Origin: Chitinophagaceae bacterium
Lineage (GTDB): Bacteria; Bacteroidota; Bacteroidia; Chitinophagales; Chitinophagaceae
Direction: 5' to 3'
DNA: 64,000 bases
NCBI GenBank assembly: GCA_037045605.1
Contig: JBAOHK010000009.1
Coordinates: 3,866 to 67,865, forward strand
Below the pieces are notes generated by a model. The model searched no databases, had not been told where the DNA came from, and was given only the letters and a program-made list of their open reading frames with translations. The translations under genes were made by a program, and so were the position numbers. Of the stretch, positions 10,156-20,700 are shown piece by piece (the stretch's first letter is position 1; each line of letters starts with the position of its first letter).

Positions 10156-10788
10156 CTAAGAGATCAGTCGGTACATTTCAAACACTTCTGCGTAGCTGCT
10201 GTTGCATTGAACGCCTCTTACCGTCGCCAGGGAACGGATGAAATCTTCCTGCATGTAATTACGATGTGATTGTGACTGGTAAGATCGCAATGCTTCCACT
10301 TTTTTGTTCAATTCTGTTTCAGACAGGCGGATGAAAAAATTAGTGTGGAAACTGTAATTATTCCAGGGCAACTCATACCCGGCAAATGTCACATTTTTAA
10401 AAGCCCTCATCCCTTCCTGGTGAATGACCTGGTGGTCCTGGTGAATATCTGATGCTGCCGGAAGCAATACTAAATCAGGATTAATATTAGCATTCAGTTG
10501 CAGCAATTCTTCCAGTATCTGTTGCCGGGATTGAGGTAAATCTCTTACTTCATAATTAAACAGGATGAGATTAGATGCCGGGATGCCTAATGTAGCCGTA
10601 GCTTTTCTGCACTCAAGTTCAAGTGTATTGGATGGTAGTGATGCAGGTAATGACTTAGAACAAAGACAGAAAGCAGCATAGTAGACTTCCTTGCCTTCTG
10701 CACAAAACTTTGCAATGCTGCCACCACAGCCTAATTCACCATCATCTGTATGTGGCGCAAGCACCAGTATTTTTTTCGGATTGAACAT
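10156..10788 (-). CDS. PIG-L/LmbE family N-acetylglucosaminyl deacetylase
   Basis: N-terminal LVLAPHTDDGELGCGGSIAKF (the AHPDDE-type metal site) and a later HQDH motif. Confidence 0.8.
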   Translation of the reverse strand: MFNPKKILVLAPHTDDGELGCGGSIAKFCAEGKEVYYAAFCLCSKSLPASLPSNTLELECRKATATLGIPASNLILFNYEVRDLPQSRQQILEELLQLNANINPDLVLLPAASDIHQDHQVIHQEGMRAFKNVTFAGYELPWNNYSFHTNFFIRLSETELNKKVEALRSYQSQSHRNYMQEDFIRSLATVRGVQCNSSYAEVFEMYRLIS

Positions 10789-10830
10789 ACACTACAAAAA
10801 TAGACGATAAAACTCCCGCAACAAATTTGA

Positions 10831-12314
10831 TTAATCCCTCAAATAACTTGCTGAATCTTTCAGGTAAGGCAGTCGTTGGCCAAAATCAGTATTCAGTATC
10901 GTTCTGAAGATGTTTACACCTGTAAGGCTATCGCTAAAGCCAGTATAATTTTTCGACGGCAAATGGACGGAAGCAAGGTTCAGGAAATAGTATTTAAATG
11001 CTACTGGCTCTTTAAAATGCCTGAAACCATGATCTCCCATCAGAACAATAACAGGGGGTGTTACAGATGATTTAAGTATATGATCAATCAATGCCATTAT
11101 TTTTTTATTCGCATACTGAAGGTATTCTATATAAGCCTGCTTGTTCACCTGGTTCCCTTCCTGCAGTTTTTCAAATGACTGCTCGTTTCCATTCCTGTCA
11201 AAGTAGTAAGGGTAATGAGGCATCATGAGGTGAGTATATACAAATTTCGGGGCAGCTGTTTTTTTCTCAGCCAGCTTCCAGGTCAGGGTATAAATATTTT
11301 CGTTATTGTTCTTATTGGCATAAGTAAGTATCTGCTGGTTCTTTTTTGATTTCCAACCGGTAAACAAAATTGAAACGAATGTCCTTATCAAAACGGCTGA
11401 GAAAGGTCTGAGCTGTGATAAGCCGGGTCTTTACTGGCAGAAAAGTTTCCCTCACCCTGGCGGGTTGTCCTTCAAAGTCGAATACAGAATGATTATAGAA
11501 TTCATACTCCTGCGAACGGAGAAATTGTAAAAGTGTATTGTTCCGTATTGATTCATAGCTGTAGGTAAGATCTGGTTGGGCCCTTTCATTGTCTTTCAGC
11601 TCCAGGTAATCCATATTCAGGATTGAAGCAACAGAAAAGGGTGTGTAATTATAATTGCTGTGACTTTCCGGGATAGTATGGAAACCAGCCATTGCAAGCT
11701 GATGAATAAATGTACTGTCATCAAACTGAAATAAATCTTTCAATTCTGTATTGCCGGCATATTCATCAGCCAGGATGAAATAAATGTCTGGTTTGCGGCA
11801 ACTGTCGCAGCTGATAAATCCATCTGGTAAAGAATATGAGCTTGTTTTTTTATTGATCGCCTTGCTGGTTAATACGGCGGTGTCAGCCAGCAACAACACG
11901 ATTAAAAGAACATTCAAGTAATAAGTAAGCCTGGATAAAGAGGTTTTGTTTTTTCTTTAAAAAAACGATCAATATGATAAATAAAATAGCTGCAGCAGGA
12001 AGAATGAAAGTGTATTTGGAAAGAAAACTGCCTTCAAAAAATCGCTTCAATGTATCATGAATACTGCCAAAGAAGAAATTAAAGGCCATGATGCAAAAGG
12101 CAACAAGGGTTGCCCGGGTGAAATCACGGTACAACAGCCAGAAGAGCAGCGAGATAATGATCGAAGCACCAATATATACACCTGTTAATAATAGTGCGTC
12201 TTTTACCGGGATGAAATTGTAATTCTCCGTAAAACCATGCAGCACAAAAAAAAGTGGCAGCAAAAAAAGAAAAATCGGTTTTGTCCGGATGGTATGTTGC
12301 AGTTTATCCTTCAT
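10831..12314 (-). pseudogene. Membrane-anchored sulfatase / LTA-synthase-like (alkaline phosphatase superfamily) protein, split over three frames
   Basis: ORFs 11883-12314 (multi-TM N-terminus), 11312-11917 (DIYFILADEYAG) and 10831-11391 (MPHYPYYFD, LMGDHGF) overlap in different frames and concatenate to about 500 aa. One junction lies at an A6 run. Confidence 0.65.
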
Positions 12315-13683
12315 TTTTCTTCATCAGGTAGATGGTTCTTTCAGAGCCAGGGATTGCCTTTTTGTCTTCGGTTGTAAAATACTTATTAAATGCGGTTATA
12401 AAATTCCCCTCAGAGTATTGCGTATAAATGTCATTTTTACCGGTCAGCATCAGCCGGATCTTTTCGTCAGACTTTGGAACAAATTCGATGATAAGATGAT
12501 GGCAGATACGGCTAAGAAAATCAGCCATTTTTTCGAAAGGTATGTTTCTTCCAATAGCAAGATGATGGATTAATGCAAGAGCAAAGGCCATATCAACACT
12601 GGTTCGCTGAATGAATGAGCCTCTTTCTTCATTATTTACCCCGATAGCAGGCGAAGGTTTCGACAGATCGATGATCAGTGGTAGGACATTCTTTTCCCCA
12701 CTTTTCTTTATTGTCTTGTATAAAGAATTTATACAATAGGCATCAAAATCAGTGGCAATGGTCTGAATAGTATAAGTTGCTGATAGCTTTGAAAATTCAC
12801 CGGTATTGGCTCCCAGGTCGGCAACAGATGAGGGATTTACTTTAACCAGCCATTGCTGGATGATCTTTTGCTTATATTCAAAGTAATCTTTTCGTTGTGA
12901 TGCCTCATCATAATAACCGGACCAGGTGCTTTTACTTTCCGGCAAGTGAAGTTTATTGATCAGTACTTCAAGACTTGTTACAAGGTTCAGTAATTTCTTT
13001 TTGGAAAATGAAGTTTTGCCGCTTGTTTCTGTCGTTCTTTTATTACTGTACTTTGCATGGAGGTGTATATGTAAGTATGTATGAATCGAGAACTTTGTCT
13101 TCCATGGCAGCAATGAACGGGTTACCGCCAGCGGTATTCCGTCACTGTAAGCCAGCAGTATTTCCTGCAAGGGCAGTTTGGAATGATGTGACAGCAACAG
13201 CGGCGATAGAAAATGTTCGCAAAACTGCCGGTATGCGATCCACGGCATAGTTTCATCATATTTTTCAAAAGACAACGAGTCGATGAAAATCAGTTTGCCA
13301 TTATGCCACTGAATATTATAGGGTGTGGCATCTTTTAAAATAAGACTGGCATTGACGGATTCTTTCAGTAATTTAAGAGTAAGTAAAGCAGCATCCTTCA
13401 GCATATCAAACGGCCACTCGTAAGGATAAGAGATGTATTTAAGTTTTTCCGGTTTAAGTGTAGCATACCATTCTTCGTCACCTGTCAGGTTGTTGTTGAT
13501 CATTTCATGCGGGATCAACAAACCATTCTTCACTAATTTTTCATAACAGCCGCTTTGGATAAAAAGATCAAAATGTTCAGCGAAGATTTTATTTACCTGC
13601 CGGTACAGCACCCCGTCTTTTTCAAAAATAAATCCTGAGGGATCCCGGTAAGACGAGGGATGATGAAGAAAATTAGCTGGCAT
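12304..13683 (-). CDS. Two-domain protein: N-terminal kinase-like domain (inferred) fused to a class I SAM-dependent methyltransferase
   Basis: Motif I VADLGANTGEF lies in the C-terminal half. The N-terminal half has LKDATPYNIQW and FIDSLSF, resembling a kinase catalytic loop and DFG-like motif. Its stop overlaps the downstream gene's start by 11 nt. Confidence 0.7.
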   Translation of the reverse strand: MPANFLHHPSSYRDPSGFIFEKDGVLYRQVNKIFAEHFDLFIQSGCYEKLVKNGLLIPHEMINNNLTGDEEWYATLKPEKLKYISYPYEWPFDMLKDAALLTLKLLKESVNASLILKDATPYNIQWHNGKLIFIDSLSFEKYDETMPWIAYRQFCEHFLSPLLLSHHSKLPLQEILLAYSDGIPLAVTRSLLPWKTKFSIHTYLHIHLHAKYSNKRTTETSGKTSFSKKKLLNLVTSLEVLINKLHLPESKSTWSGYYDEASQRKDYFEYKQKIIQQWLVKVNPSSVADLGANTGEFSKLSATYTIQTIATDFDAYCINSLYKTIKKSGEKNVLPLIIDLSKPSPAIGVNNEERGSFIQRTSVDMAFALALIHHLAIGRNIPFEKMADFLSRICHHLIIEFVPKSDEKIRLMLTGKNDIYTQYSEGNFITAFNKYFTTEDKKAIPGSERTIYLMKKNEG

Positions 13684-13853
13684 CAGGCAGATGGATTATT
13701 GTCATTTGGCTTTTTGGAAGTTCGGGTAAAAATAGATTTGATGTAGGCCCTGATGTTCCGGAAAAAGAAAGCCACTCCTAATGCAGCCGCCGCAATTACC
13801 TGGACAAGATAGCTGCCACTGCCCGGATCAATATATAAAAGATATTCCGGCAT
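13683..13853 (-). CDS. Unlisted 56-aa single-TM protein (MPEYLLYIDPGSGSYLVQVIAAAALGVAFFF...)
   Basis: Translated by hand and below the ORF-track cutoff. Its ATG shares one base with the TAA of the upstream M42 gene (TAATG). Its TGA shares one base with the ATG of the methyltransferase (TGATG). Confidence 0.5.
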   Translation of the reverse strand: MPEYLLYIDPGSGSYLVQVIAAAALGVAFFFRNIRAYIKSIFTRTSKKPNDNNPSA

Positions 13854-14963
13854 TACAGGTAGCTGAGATTCGTTTTAGGGGATAAAGTTAGCAATGTTTC
13901 ATACATCAGTTTGATAGTATTTTCGATATCATCACGGTGGAGCATTTCCACCGTAGTGTGCATATAGCGGAGAGGAATTGATATAAGCACTGACGGGCAA
14001 CCATCGTTGGAATAGGCGAAAGAATCTGTGTCGGTGCCGGTGCTGCGGCTCAAAGCCCTCCATTGCACTGGTATCTTTTTATCTGCCGGCTACTTTTTCC
14101 ACCAAAGCAAGCAACTTATTATGAACTGCCGGAGCATAAGAAAGTGATGGTCCTTTGCCGGTACTTACATCCCCTTCAATATTCTTACTGATCATCGGGG
14201 TGGTGGTGTCATGCGTTACATCAGTTACAATAGCAATATCTGGTTTTATTCTCCGGGCAATCATTTCAGCACCACGAAGTCCGATCTCTTCCTGCACCGC
14301 ATTCACGACATATAATCCAAACGGTAATTTCTTTTTATTTTCTTTCAGCATCCGGGCTACTTCAGCAATCATAAACCCGCCGATGCGGTTATCAAAAGCC
14401 CTGCCTATATAATTACCATTCGCCAGTTCATCAAAACCATCCTGGTAAGTAACTACAGCGCCAATATGAATACCTAAAGCTTCCACTTCTTTTTTAGTTC
14501 TTGCACCGCAATCTAACCACAGGTTATCTGTTCTTGGCGTTGGCTCTTTCTGGTCAGGGTTGCCAATCCTTGTATGAATGGCCGGCCAGCCGAACACTGC
14601 TTTTACCGGTCCTTTTTTTCCATGAATGAATACTCTTGATGCAGGTGCAGTCTGATGGTCCACACCGCCATTTCTTTTCAGGTAGATCAATCCTTCAGCA
14701 GTAACATAATTTACAAACCAGCTAATCTCGTCGGCATGGGCTTCTATCACCACCTTGAATTTGCTATCGGGATTGATAATACCAACAGCAGTACCATATG
14801 GATCCACATAATGTGTATCAACATATGGCTTCAGGTATTCGATCCATAGTTTTTGCCCCCATGTTTCAAAACCTACGGGAGATGCATTATTGATATAGGA
14901 TTTGAAAAACTCAAATGCCTTGTCTGTAATGATGGATTTTTTAGCTTTTACTGATTTTGCCAT
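13853..14963 (-). pseudogene. M42 family aminopeptidase (FrvX/glutamyl aminopeptidase-like), one frameshift near 14070-14080
   Basis: ORFs 14079-14963 (294 aa) and 13853-14068 (71 aa, TGTDTDSFAY...MHTTVEM) join to about 365 aa. The alternate frame reads through as ADKKIPVQWRALSRSTGTDTD. Confidence 0.75.
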
Positions 14964-14972
14964 GACAAATAG

Positions 14973-15881
14973 TTATGATGAACAGGTTAGTAAAGCGAAG
15001 ATAAGCAGCAAGGCTTTAACAATCATCAGCCCGTCATGCCTGATAACAAAGATCGATTCGTCCTTCATAGCAGAGAACCGCTGATACAAAATAAAAACCA
15101 GGATGACGGGGATAAATAATGCAGCATAAAAGGTCAGGCTTCTCAGCTCAAAAAAATACAATAGCAGGAAAGCTGCCGCTCCGTTACAAAGCAGCATTAC
15201 CCATTTCCCATAGCGAAGACTTTTTGCCGGTCCGAGTAAGACTGCTATTGTCTTAATATCGTCCTCTTTGTCTTCCTGGTAATCATTGATATTAAAAAGC
15301 AGGCTTAATGCTGCGATAAAGAAAAACCGGTTAATAAACAGTACAGCAACCTGTTGCCCATAAGAGGCGTTGCTTACTTTCCCATGCAGCATCATAACGG
15401 GCAGCATTACTGTTGTAAAACTCCAGATAAAACTTAATGACGCCATTTTTAGCCAGCCGATCTGCCGGAGGCTTTTTCTGTTCCAGGGATTCAGCGGATA
15501 GGAATAGCCCAATGCCAGCAACGGGATGACGATGAACCAGGAAAGGTTGCGGTAACTAAACTGACCATTCGTTTCGAAAATGGCCCTGTAATGATAAACA
15601 ATACCGGCTGTAATGAGGACAAAACTCAGCAGGATGATAAACCGCAAAAGCTTCTTATTAGCCCTGCACCAATCCAGCCTGCTGTCATTTTTTTCTTTGA
15701 AGCTCTTTACAAAGTAATGGAGGCTGTATATAAAGACAGTAGATAAGAATATCAGCAGCAGATACCAGTTAAGCGAAGATGGCAGACGAAGCAGCCGGAA
15801 AGTCTCATAAGTAAGGGCTAATGCACAAGCTGCAATAAAAATATTGCTGTACACAACAAAGTGAAGAAGCCGTTTTCCCAT
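14973..15881 (-). CDS. Polytopic membrane protein, UbiA-prenyltransferase-like (tentative)
   Basis: About 8 predicted TM segments with Asp-rich NDSRLD and NDYQEDKEDD motifs. It ends 9 nt upstream of the M42 gene. Confidence 0.4.
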   Translation of the reverse strand: MGKRLLHFVVYSNIFIAACALALTYETFRLLRLPSSLNWYLLLIFLSTVFIYSLHYFVKSFKEKNDSRLDWCRANKKLLRFIILLSFVLITAGIVYHYRAIFETNGQFSYRNLSWFIVIPLLALGYSYPLNPWNRKSLRQIGWLKMASLSFIWSFTTVMLPVMMLHGKVSNASYGQQVAVLFINRFFFIAALSLLFNINDYQEDKEDDIKTIAVLLGPAKSLRYGKWVMLLCNGAAAFLLLYFFELRSLTFYAALFIPVILVFILYQRFSAMKDESIFVIRHDGLMIVKALLLIFALLTCSS

Positions 15882-15891
15882 TCAGGCAAAA

Positions 15892-16356
15892 TTACTGCCT
15901 GTATACATATATGACCGGAGACTCAATAGTATCACTTGTATTCCCGGCATTGTCCCGGACAGCCATTCTCAGGATAAGCGTATCCAGTTCCCTCTGCGGG
16001 GGATTAGAACCTGGAATAAACGGAGGATTCAGGGCAGATAACATGCTTTGATAATCTAATGTGGCCTGTACTTGTGTACGGGTACTCTTGGGAAATGAAG
16101 GGAATTTATACCGGAGAGTATCCCTGTTCGTTGCAACAACCCGGCTGTTCAATCTTTTCTTGATAATGATAACAGAGTCCTGTACATCGCCTTCTTTATC
16201 TGTACAATCAAGAGTGATGATAAAAGTACCGTTAAGCGGTATATAATCCCCGTTAATAGATTTAACGCTGATGGTAGGTTTTGTAAGGAACTTATCTTTG
16301 TTGCAGGCAATCGCTACAACCACAAGGACCGATAACACAAGAAGGCTAAGTTTCAT
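15892..16356 (-). CDS. Lipoprotein of unknown function
   Basis: Internal start MKLSLLVLSVLVVVAIACNKD carries a lipobox. The longer ORF start at 16410 adds a non-signal extension. Confidence 0.5.
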   Translation of the reverse strand: MKLSLLVLSVLVVVAIACNKDKFLTKPTISVKSINGDYIPLNGTFIITLDCTDKEGDVQDSVIIIKKRLNSRVVATNRDTLRYKFPSFPKSTRTQVQATLDYQSMLSALNPPFIPGSNPPQRELDTLILRMAVRDNAGNTSDTIESPVIYVYRQ

Positions 16357-16409
16357 TGGTGCGATTTGAGTGTAAACAAATTTACAATTTTTGACAACAC
16401 AAAAAAGCA

Positions 16410-17405
16410 ATGAGGGATGAATGGAATCATAAAGTTTTTGGGGTAGAAGAAGGCGATTTTGAGGATCTGGCTCTTGAAATTTTCAGATTTCAGGCAGATG
16501 AGAATCCGGTCTATAAGGCCTATTTAGAGGCACTGAGGGTGAATACTGCTGCTATTACGGCTATTGAACAAATCCCCTTTTTGCCAGTCCGTTTTTTCAA
16601 ATCGCATGCAGTTCAAACCACTTCTTTTGATCCGGCTATTACTTTTGAAAGCAGCGGTACCGCTGGCACTATCAGTAGCCGCCACATGGTAAAAGATCTG
16701 TCTTTGTATGAAAAAAGTTTTGCGAAGTGTTTTGAGCTATTTTATGGGCCTGTAAAAGAGTGGTGTATTATCGGGTTATTGCCCTCATACCTTGAAAGAT
16801 CAAATTCTTCGCTGGTGTATATGGTGGATAAGCTGATACAATTATCCGGGAACCCGCAAAGTGGGTTTTACTTGCATGAGTATGATAAGCTGTTTGCAAA
16901 ATTGGGTGAGTTAGAGAAAAGACAACAAAAAACATTGCTCATAGGCGTAACATTTGCCCTGCTTGATTTTGCAGAAAAATATTCATTGCCTTTGCAATAT
17001 GTTACAATAATGGAAACGGGTGGTATGAAGGGGAGGAGAAAGGAAATGATAAGACCAGAAGTTCATACATTATTGAAAAAATCTTTTGGCCAGCCTGCAA
17101 TTCATTCTGAATATGGAATGACGGAACTTTTATCACAGGCCTATTCAAAAGGCGAAGGAGTTTTTTTCAGTCCGCCCTGGATGAAAATGCTTGTCAGGGA
17201 TGAAGAAGACCCATTTTTGGTAAAACGAGCCGGCTCCGGAACGATCAATGTAATCGATCTTGCTAATATCTACTCCTGTTCTTTTATCGCTACGGATGAT
17301 GTTGGGAAAATCCATACTGACGGCCGCTTCGAGGTATTTGGAAGGGTGGACGGCAGCGATCTGCGTGGGCTGCAGCCTGATGGTAGTTTAAAAAAGTTTT
17401 ACTGA
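16410..17405 (+). CDS. LuxE-like acyl-protein synthetase / acyl transferase family protein
   Basis: N-terminal IFRFQADENPVYKAY and FLPVRFFKSH, plus the ANL-type ETGGMKG motif. The 3' end may carry a 1-nt insertion in a GGG run, since the alternate frame ends ...DLRGCSLMVV. Confidence 0.7.
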   Translation: MRDEWNHKVFGVEEGDFEDLALEIFRFQADENPVYKAYLEALRVNTAAITAIEQIPFLPVRFFKSHAVQTTSFDPAITFESSGTAGTISSRHMVKDLSLYEKSFAKCFELFYGPVKEWCIIGLLPSYLERSNSSLVYMVDKLIQLSGNPQSGFYLHEYDKLFAKLGELEKRQQKTLLIGVTFALLDFAEKYSLPLQYVTIMETGGMKGRRKEMIRPEVHTLLKKSFGQPAIHSEYGMTELLSQAYSKGEGVFFSPPWMKMLVRDEEDPFLVKRAGSGTINVIDLANIYSCSFIATDDVGKIHTDGRFEVFGRVDGSDLRGLQPDGSLKKFY

Positions 17406-17420
17406 TTAGCTGTAATCCAA

Positions 17421-17428
17421 TAAATTTG
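17421..17428 (+). promoter_or_regulatory. Candidate Bacteroidota -7 promoter box TAAATTTG (TAnnTTTG)
   Basis: Exact match to TAnnTTTG, 20 nt upstream of the tRNA-Leu 5' end. Confidence 0.3.
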
Positions 17429-17447
17429 CAGCCCTGCCAAAATCAAT

Positions 17448-17531
17448 GCCCGGGTGGCGAAATTGGTAGACGCACCGTCTTCAGGTGGCGGCGTTCGAAA
17501 GGATGTGCTGGTTCGAATCCAGTCCCGGGCA
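17448..17531 (+). tRNA. tRNA-Leu (anticodon CAG), class II with long variable arm; 3' CCA not encoded
   Basis: Hand-folded. Acceptor GCCCGGG/CCCGGGC; D-arm GCG-AAATTGGTAGA-CGC; anticodon stem CCGTC/GGCGG with loop TTCAGGT; long variable arm; T-loop TTCGAAT; discriminator A. Confidence 0.9.
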
Positions 17532-17534
17532 CAG

Positions 17535-17564
17535 AAAACCTCATCATAGCGATGAGGTTTTTTT
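17535..17564 (+). terminator. Rho-independent terminator after tRNA-Leu
   Basis: AAAACCTCATC / GATGAGGTTTT stem with loop ATAGC, followed by a T-run. Confidence 0.6.
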
Positions 17565-17759
17565 ATAAGTGTTTCCCTTTAGTTTATCATCAAAAAACGC
17601 ATATAGCTGCAAATAGCGGCAAAACCCTGAATAGTTTTTGTTATCATCTGGAAAAAAATATTCACATCGGATTTTACTCAGTATTTCTACTAACAGCTGT
17701 TTGGAATATTAATTTATATTCGGCGAGTCTAAACTATTATTATACAAAACAAAAGCATT

Positions 17760-20700
17760 ATGAGAAAACTATTACTGTTCATGCTGTCATTTGTGTTAAC
17801 GTTTACGGTGATGGCACAGGAAAGGAATTATTGGTCTTCGAACACCGATGCAAGCAGTATTATTACTGACAAATCTGTAGCAAGACTTTCATTTCCGAAA
17901 GATTTCAAATTATTTAATCTGAATGTTGATCTATTAAGGCAGGACTTATTTTCTGTTGTTGGAAATAATGCATCCCGGCACTCAACAGTTATTTCTTTGC
18001 CAGATGCCGAAGGGCAGATAGAGCAATTTGAAGTTTTCGAAGCTTCTAATTTTGAACCGGCTTTGCAGGATCAATTTCCCGCAGATCAGGGCATTTTCTG
18101 GAAAAGGTATTACAGACAGGTCTGCTACCCTGAAACTGAGCATTTCTCCTCAAGGTATTCAAACTATGGTTTTCAGGGCAGATAAAGAAAATGAATTTAT
18201 TGAGGCTTATTCTCAGGACCATACTGTGTATGCAGTATTCAGATCACAGAGAGCAAAAGGAAGTTTACCATGGAAATGTTCTACACCAGATCAGCAACTG
18301 GCTTCCGATTTAAATGCACGGGTCACCAATTCAGGTATTACCGGAAGGTCAGGCGGGGATTTAAAGACCATGCGTTTAGCTCAATCCTGCAACGCAGAGT
18401 ATTCCAATTATTTTGGTGCAACAAGTTCTGCCCAGGTAGCATTGGTATTAGCAGCATTTAATGCAACGCTTGACCCGCTGCAATGGAGTGTATGAAAAAG
18501 ATCTTGCATTGCACCTGAACCTGATCGCAAATACAACCAGTGTTATTTATTATAACCCGTCATACAGACCCTTATTCTACAACATTAAGTCAGTGGAATG
18601 CCCAATTACAATCCACATTAACTTCTGTTATCGGTGAAGCCAATTATGATATCGGACATATGTTCGGTGCTTCCGGTGGTGGTGGTAATGCCGGTTGTAT
18701 TGGTTGCGTTTGTGTGAACGGGTCTAAAGGAAGTGGTATCACTTCTCCTAATGATGGAATTCCGCAGGGAGATAATTTCGATATAGATTATGTGGCACAT
18801 GAAGTAGGTCACCAACTGGGTGCTAACCATACTTTCTCCATGAGCAGTGAAGGAACAGGTGTGAATAAGGAAGTTGGTTCCGGTATCACCATCATGGGTT
18901 ATGCCGGTATTACCAGCCAGGACGTTGCACCACATTCTATTGATATATTTCACCAGGCATCTATTGCACAGATACAGGCTAACCTGTTGACTAAAACTTG
19001 CCCGATTACTACGACGTTATCGAATGCAACACCTACAGTCGAATGCAGGTGCTAACTTATACAATTCCTATCAGCACACCGTTTGCCCTGACAGGTTCTG
19101 CTACGGATGCAAACCCCGGCGATGTATTGACTTATTGTTGGGAGCAAAATGATAATTCAACCACAACTGGAACAGGCAGCGTTGCCAGCGCAACAAAAAC
19201 TACTGGTCCTAACTGGATATCATTTAGCCCAACTACTTCACCAGTAAGATTGTTTCCGAAACTTGCAACAATCCTTGCAGGATTAAATGTTTCAGGCCCA
19301 TTACCGGGTGGTGATGCAGGCGCCAATACCGAAGCATTAAGTTCTGTTTCAAGAACACTGAACTTCAGGCTGACAGTAAGAGATAATGCTCCTTATAGTT
19401 CTACGGCTCCTGTTTCTGTTGGACAAACACAGTTTGATGATATGGTAGTTACTGTTTCAAATACTTCCGGTCCATTTGCCGTTACTGCTCCTAATACTGC
19501 TGTATCATGGGCTGGTAATTCAACGCAAACCATTACATGGTCTGTCAATAATACGACAGCCGCACCGGTTAGCTGTGCTAATGTAATGATCTCTATTTCT
19601 ACAGATGGCGGTAATACATTCAGCACTTTGCTGGCAAGCACACCTAATGATGGAAGCCAGGCGGTAACGATACCTAACACTCCATCAACGACAGCAAGAA
19701 TAAAAGTAGAAGCGGTAGGTAATATCTTTTTTGATATTTCAAATGCAAACTTTACGATCACTGCAGGTTCATCTTGCGGAACACCGGATTTCTTGTCTTC
19801 TACTGCTATCACTACGTCGTCTGCTACAGTCCTCTGGGCTACAGTAGCCGGTGCCAATTCTTATGATGTGGATTATAAACTGAATTCTTCCGGCACATGG
19901 ACAAATGCTGTAACCGGAACGACATCCATTTCAGTAAACCTCAGCGGTCTTGCTTCAGGCTCTTTGTATGACTGGAGAGTAAGAGCTAATTGCACAGGTG
20001 GCAGCAGTGCTTATGCACAATCACAATTCACTACAATACCAGTTGCAGGATGTGATGCTCCAACAGGTTTATCATCATCAGGTGTTACTACATCAGCAGC
20101 AACAGTTAGCTGGACAGCAGCAAGCGGCGCTGTAAGCTATGATGTGGATTATAAAGCTGCTTCTTCAGGTACTTGGATCAATGCTGCAACAGGCACCACA
20201 TCGCTTTCCGTAAATCTTAGCGGTCTGGCTGCTTCCACATTATACGACTGGAGAGTAAGAACAAATTGTGCAAGTGGCAGCAGTGCTTATGCACAGGCAC
20301 AGTTCACTACATCAGCAGCTCCTGGCTGCGGAACGGCTTTTGAACCAAATGAATCAACTGCAACAGCCGCTACTATTTCAACAGGTGTTGCTAATTCAGC
20401 TGCTATCACTACAACAACTGATAATGATTATTTTAAAATAGTTACAACCGCTACAACTAATAATGTATTCAGTTTGGTTGGACCAAGTGGCGTTGATTTT
20501 GATATGCAGATACTGAACAGCAGCGGAACTGTTATTGGTTCAGGTACGGGATCTACAGCTACTGAAACAGTAACATTAAATAGCCAGGCAGCAGGCACAT
20601 ATTATATCAGGGTGTTTGGTTACAACGGTGCCAACAGTACTACCTGTTACACTATTACTGCTACGGCTACTGTGGTAACCGGTTGCTCAAGTGTTTATGA

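Noticed and set aside
16410-17405. Bioluminescence (lux) operon, suggested by the LuxE- and LuxC-like genes.
   Set aside because: There are no luxA, luxB or luxD genes, and the two genes are 44 kb apart. The similarity is at the family level only.
17406-17759. Genomic island or integrative element at tRNA-Leu.
   Set aside because: There is no integrase, no direct repeat of the tRNA 3' end that I could find, and the flanking genes are ordinary chromosomal genes.
17426-17869. 147-aa ORF spanning the tRNA-Leu gene and its terminator.
   Set aside because: It overlaps a well-folded tRNA and a terminator, and its translation has no protein-like features.
19775-20311. Regularly spaced DNA repeats considered as a possible CRISPR array.
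   Set aside because: There are only two 261-nt units, in frame inside a protease gene and encoding FN3-like domains. No short repeat/spacer periodicity exists anywhere in the window.
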